DNA of 62,728 bases, filler included, from Basidioascus undulatus (taxonomy: Eukaryota): assembly GCA_000826855.1 (NCBI GenBank). It is 14 parts of 14 records of this genome, joined end to end, with 100 filler letters (N's around TTAATTAATTAA, not from the genome) between each part and the next. Parts side by side here need not be neighbours in the genome. Positions count along the whole stretch, not along the records: positions 59,849 to 62,728 come from JTLS01002605.1; 13 more parts are not named here. One strand, given 5' to 3'. Made by a program: the position numbers and the translations under genes. Positions 62,388 to 62,728 of the stretch are shown here, piece after piece (position 1 is the stretch's first letter; each line of letters starts with the position of its first letter). The notes under the pieces were generated by a model. That model was given only the letters and a program-made list of their open reading frames with translations, was not told where the DNA came from and made no database searches.

Positions 62388-62728
62388 ATGCCCCAAGCGT
62401 TCTACGCAGTCAAGGTCGGGGTTCAACCTGGGTACGGCCGTGCAAGGCTCTGGCTCGGACGAATGCGAGGTCACTGACCTACGGAGCATGGGCACCCGGG
62501 GATGCTGCAGCTTGTACACGACCTGGTATGTCAAGTCGTCTCAAAGTATCTCGTCGTTCTATGCTCAACGGGTCTTCAGGAAAGAGTGCGAGTCCCAGAC
62601 GAAAGGCTTCCCCAAGGCGGTCTTCAAGAAGTTCCCAACACGAGACGCCGCCCTGGCCTGGCTCGGACCGGTCCCCTCCTCCTCCTCCTCCGCTCCCCCA
62701 CCACTCGCAGCCGCCTCCAACCCATCCT
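62388..62728 (+). CDS. RNH1: Protein with an RNase H1-type N-terminal hybrid-binding (Cauli_VI) domain, probably RNase H1; runs out of the window
   Basis: Spliced MPQAFYAVKVGVQPG|LYTTW|KECESQTKGFPKAVFKKFPTRDAALAWL. The catalytic domain is not in the window. Confidence 0.75.

Overview
This is eukaryotic, intron-rich, GC-rich fungal DNA, most likely a basidiomycete of Pucciniomycotina type (inference from the gene families and intron style). It is not a continuous locus. One contig of at least 23.7 kb (1-23719) is followed by 13 unrelated ~2.9-kb contigs in descending length order, joined by artificial 100-nt linkers (44 N + TTAATTAATTAA + 44 N). Genes recognised by splicing exons by eye: Zip3/RNF212-like RING, acetoacetate-decarboxylase-like, F-box, cysteine-less glutaredoxin-like, HAD phosphatase, FRG1, NCS1 permease, multi-RRM protein, NimA-like kinase, PNG1, solo ABC ATPase, SQOR, Rad21, SAP protein, Trk, TKL/LISK kinase, GUT2, peroxisomal acyl-CoA ligase, IBA57, TMA20 and RNase H1. 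Also present are two decayed MIF/tautomerase copies, a MYND pseudogene and a nested copia/gypsy/solo-LTR pile. The most notable observations are a PNGase lacking both Zn-binding CxxC pairs, an EF-hand on fungal GUT2, and two CpG-eroded palindromic repeat arrays on different contigs that share motifs. I see no convincing new multi-gene system, and no CRISPR array, rRNA or tRNA. Exon boundaries are approximate.
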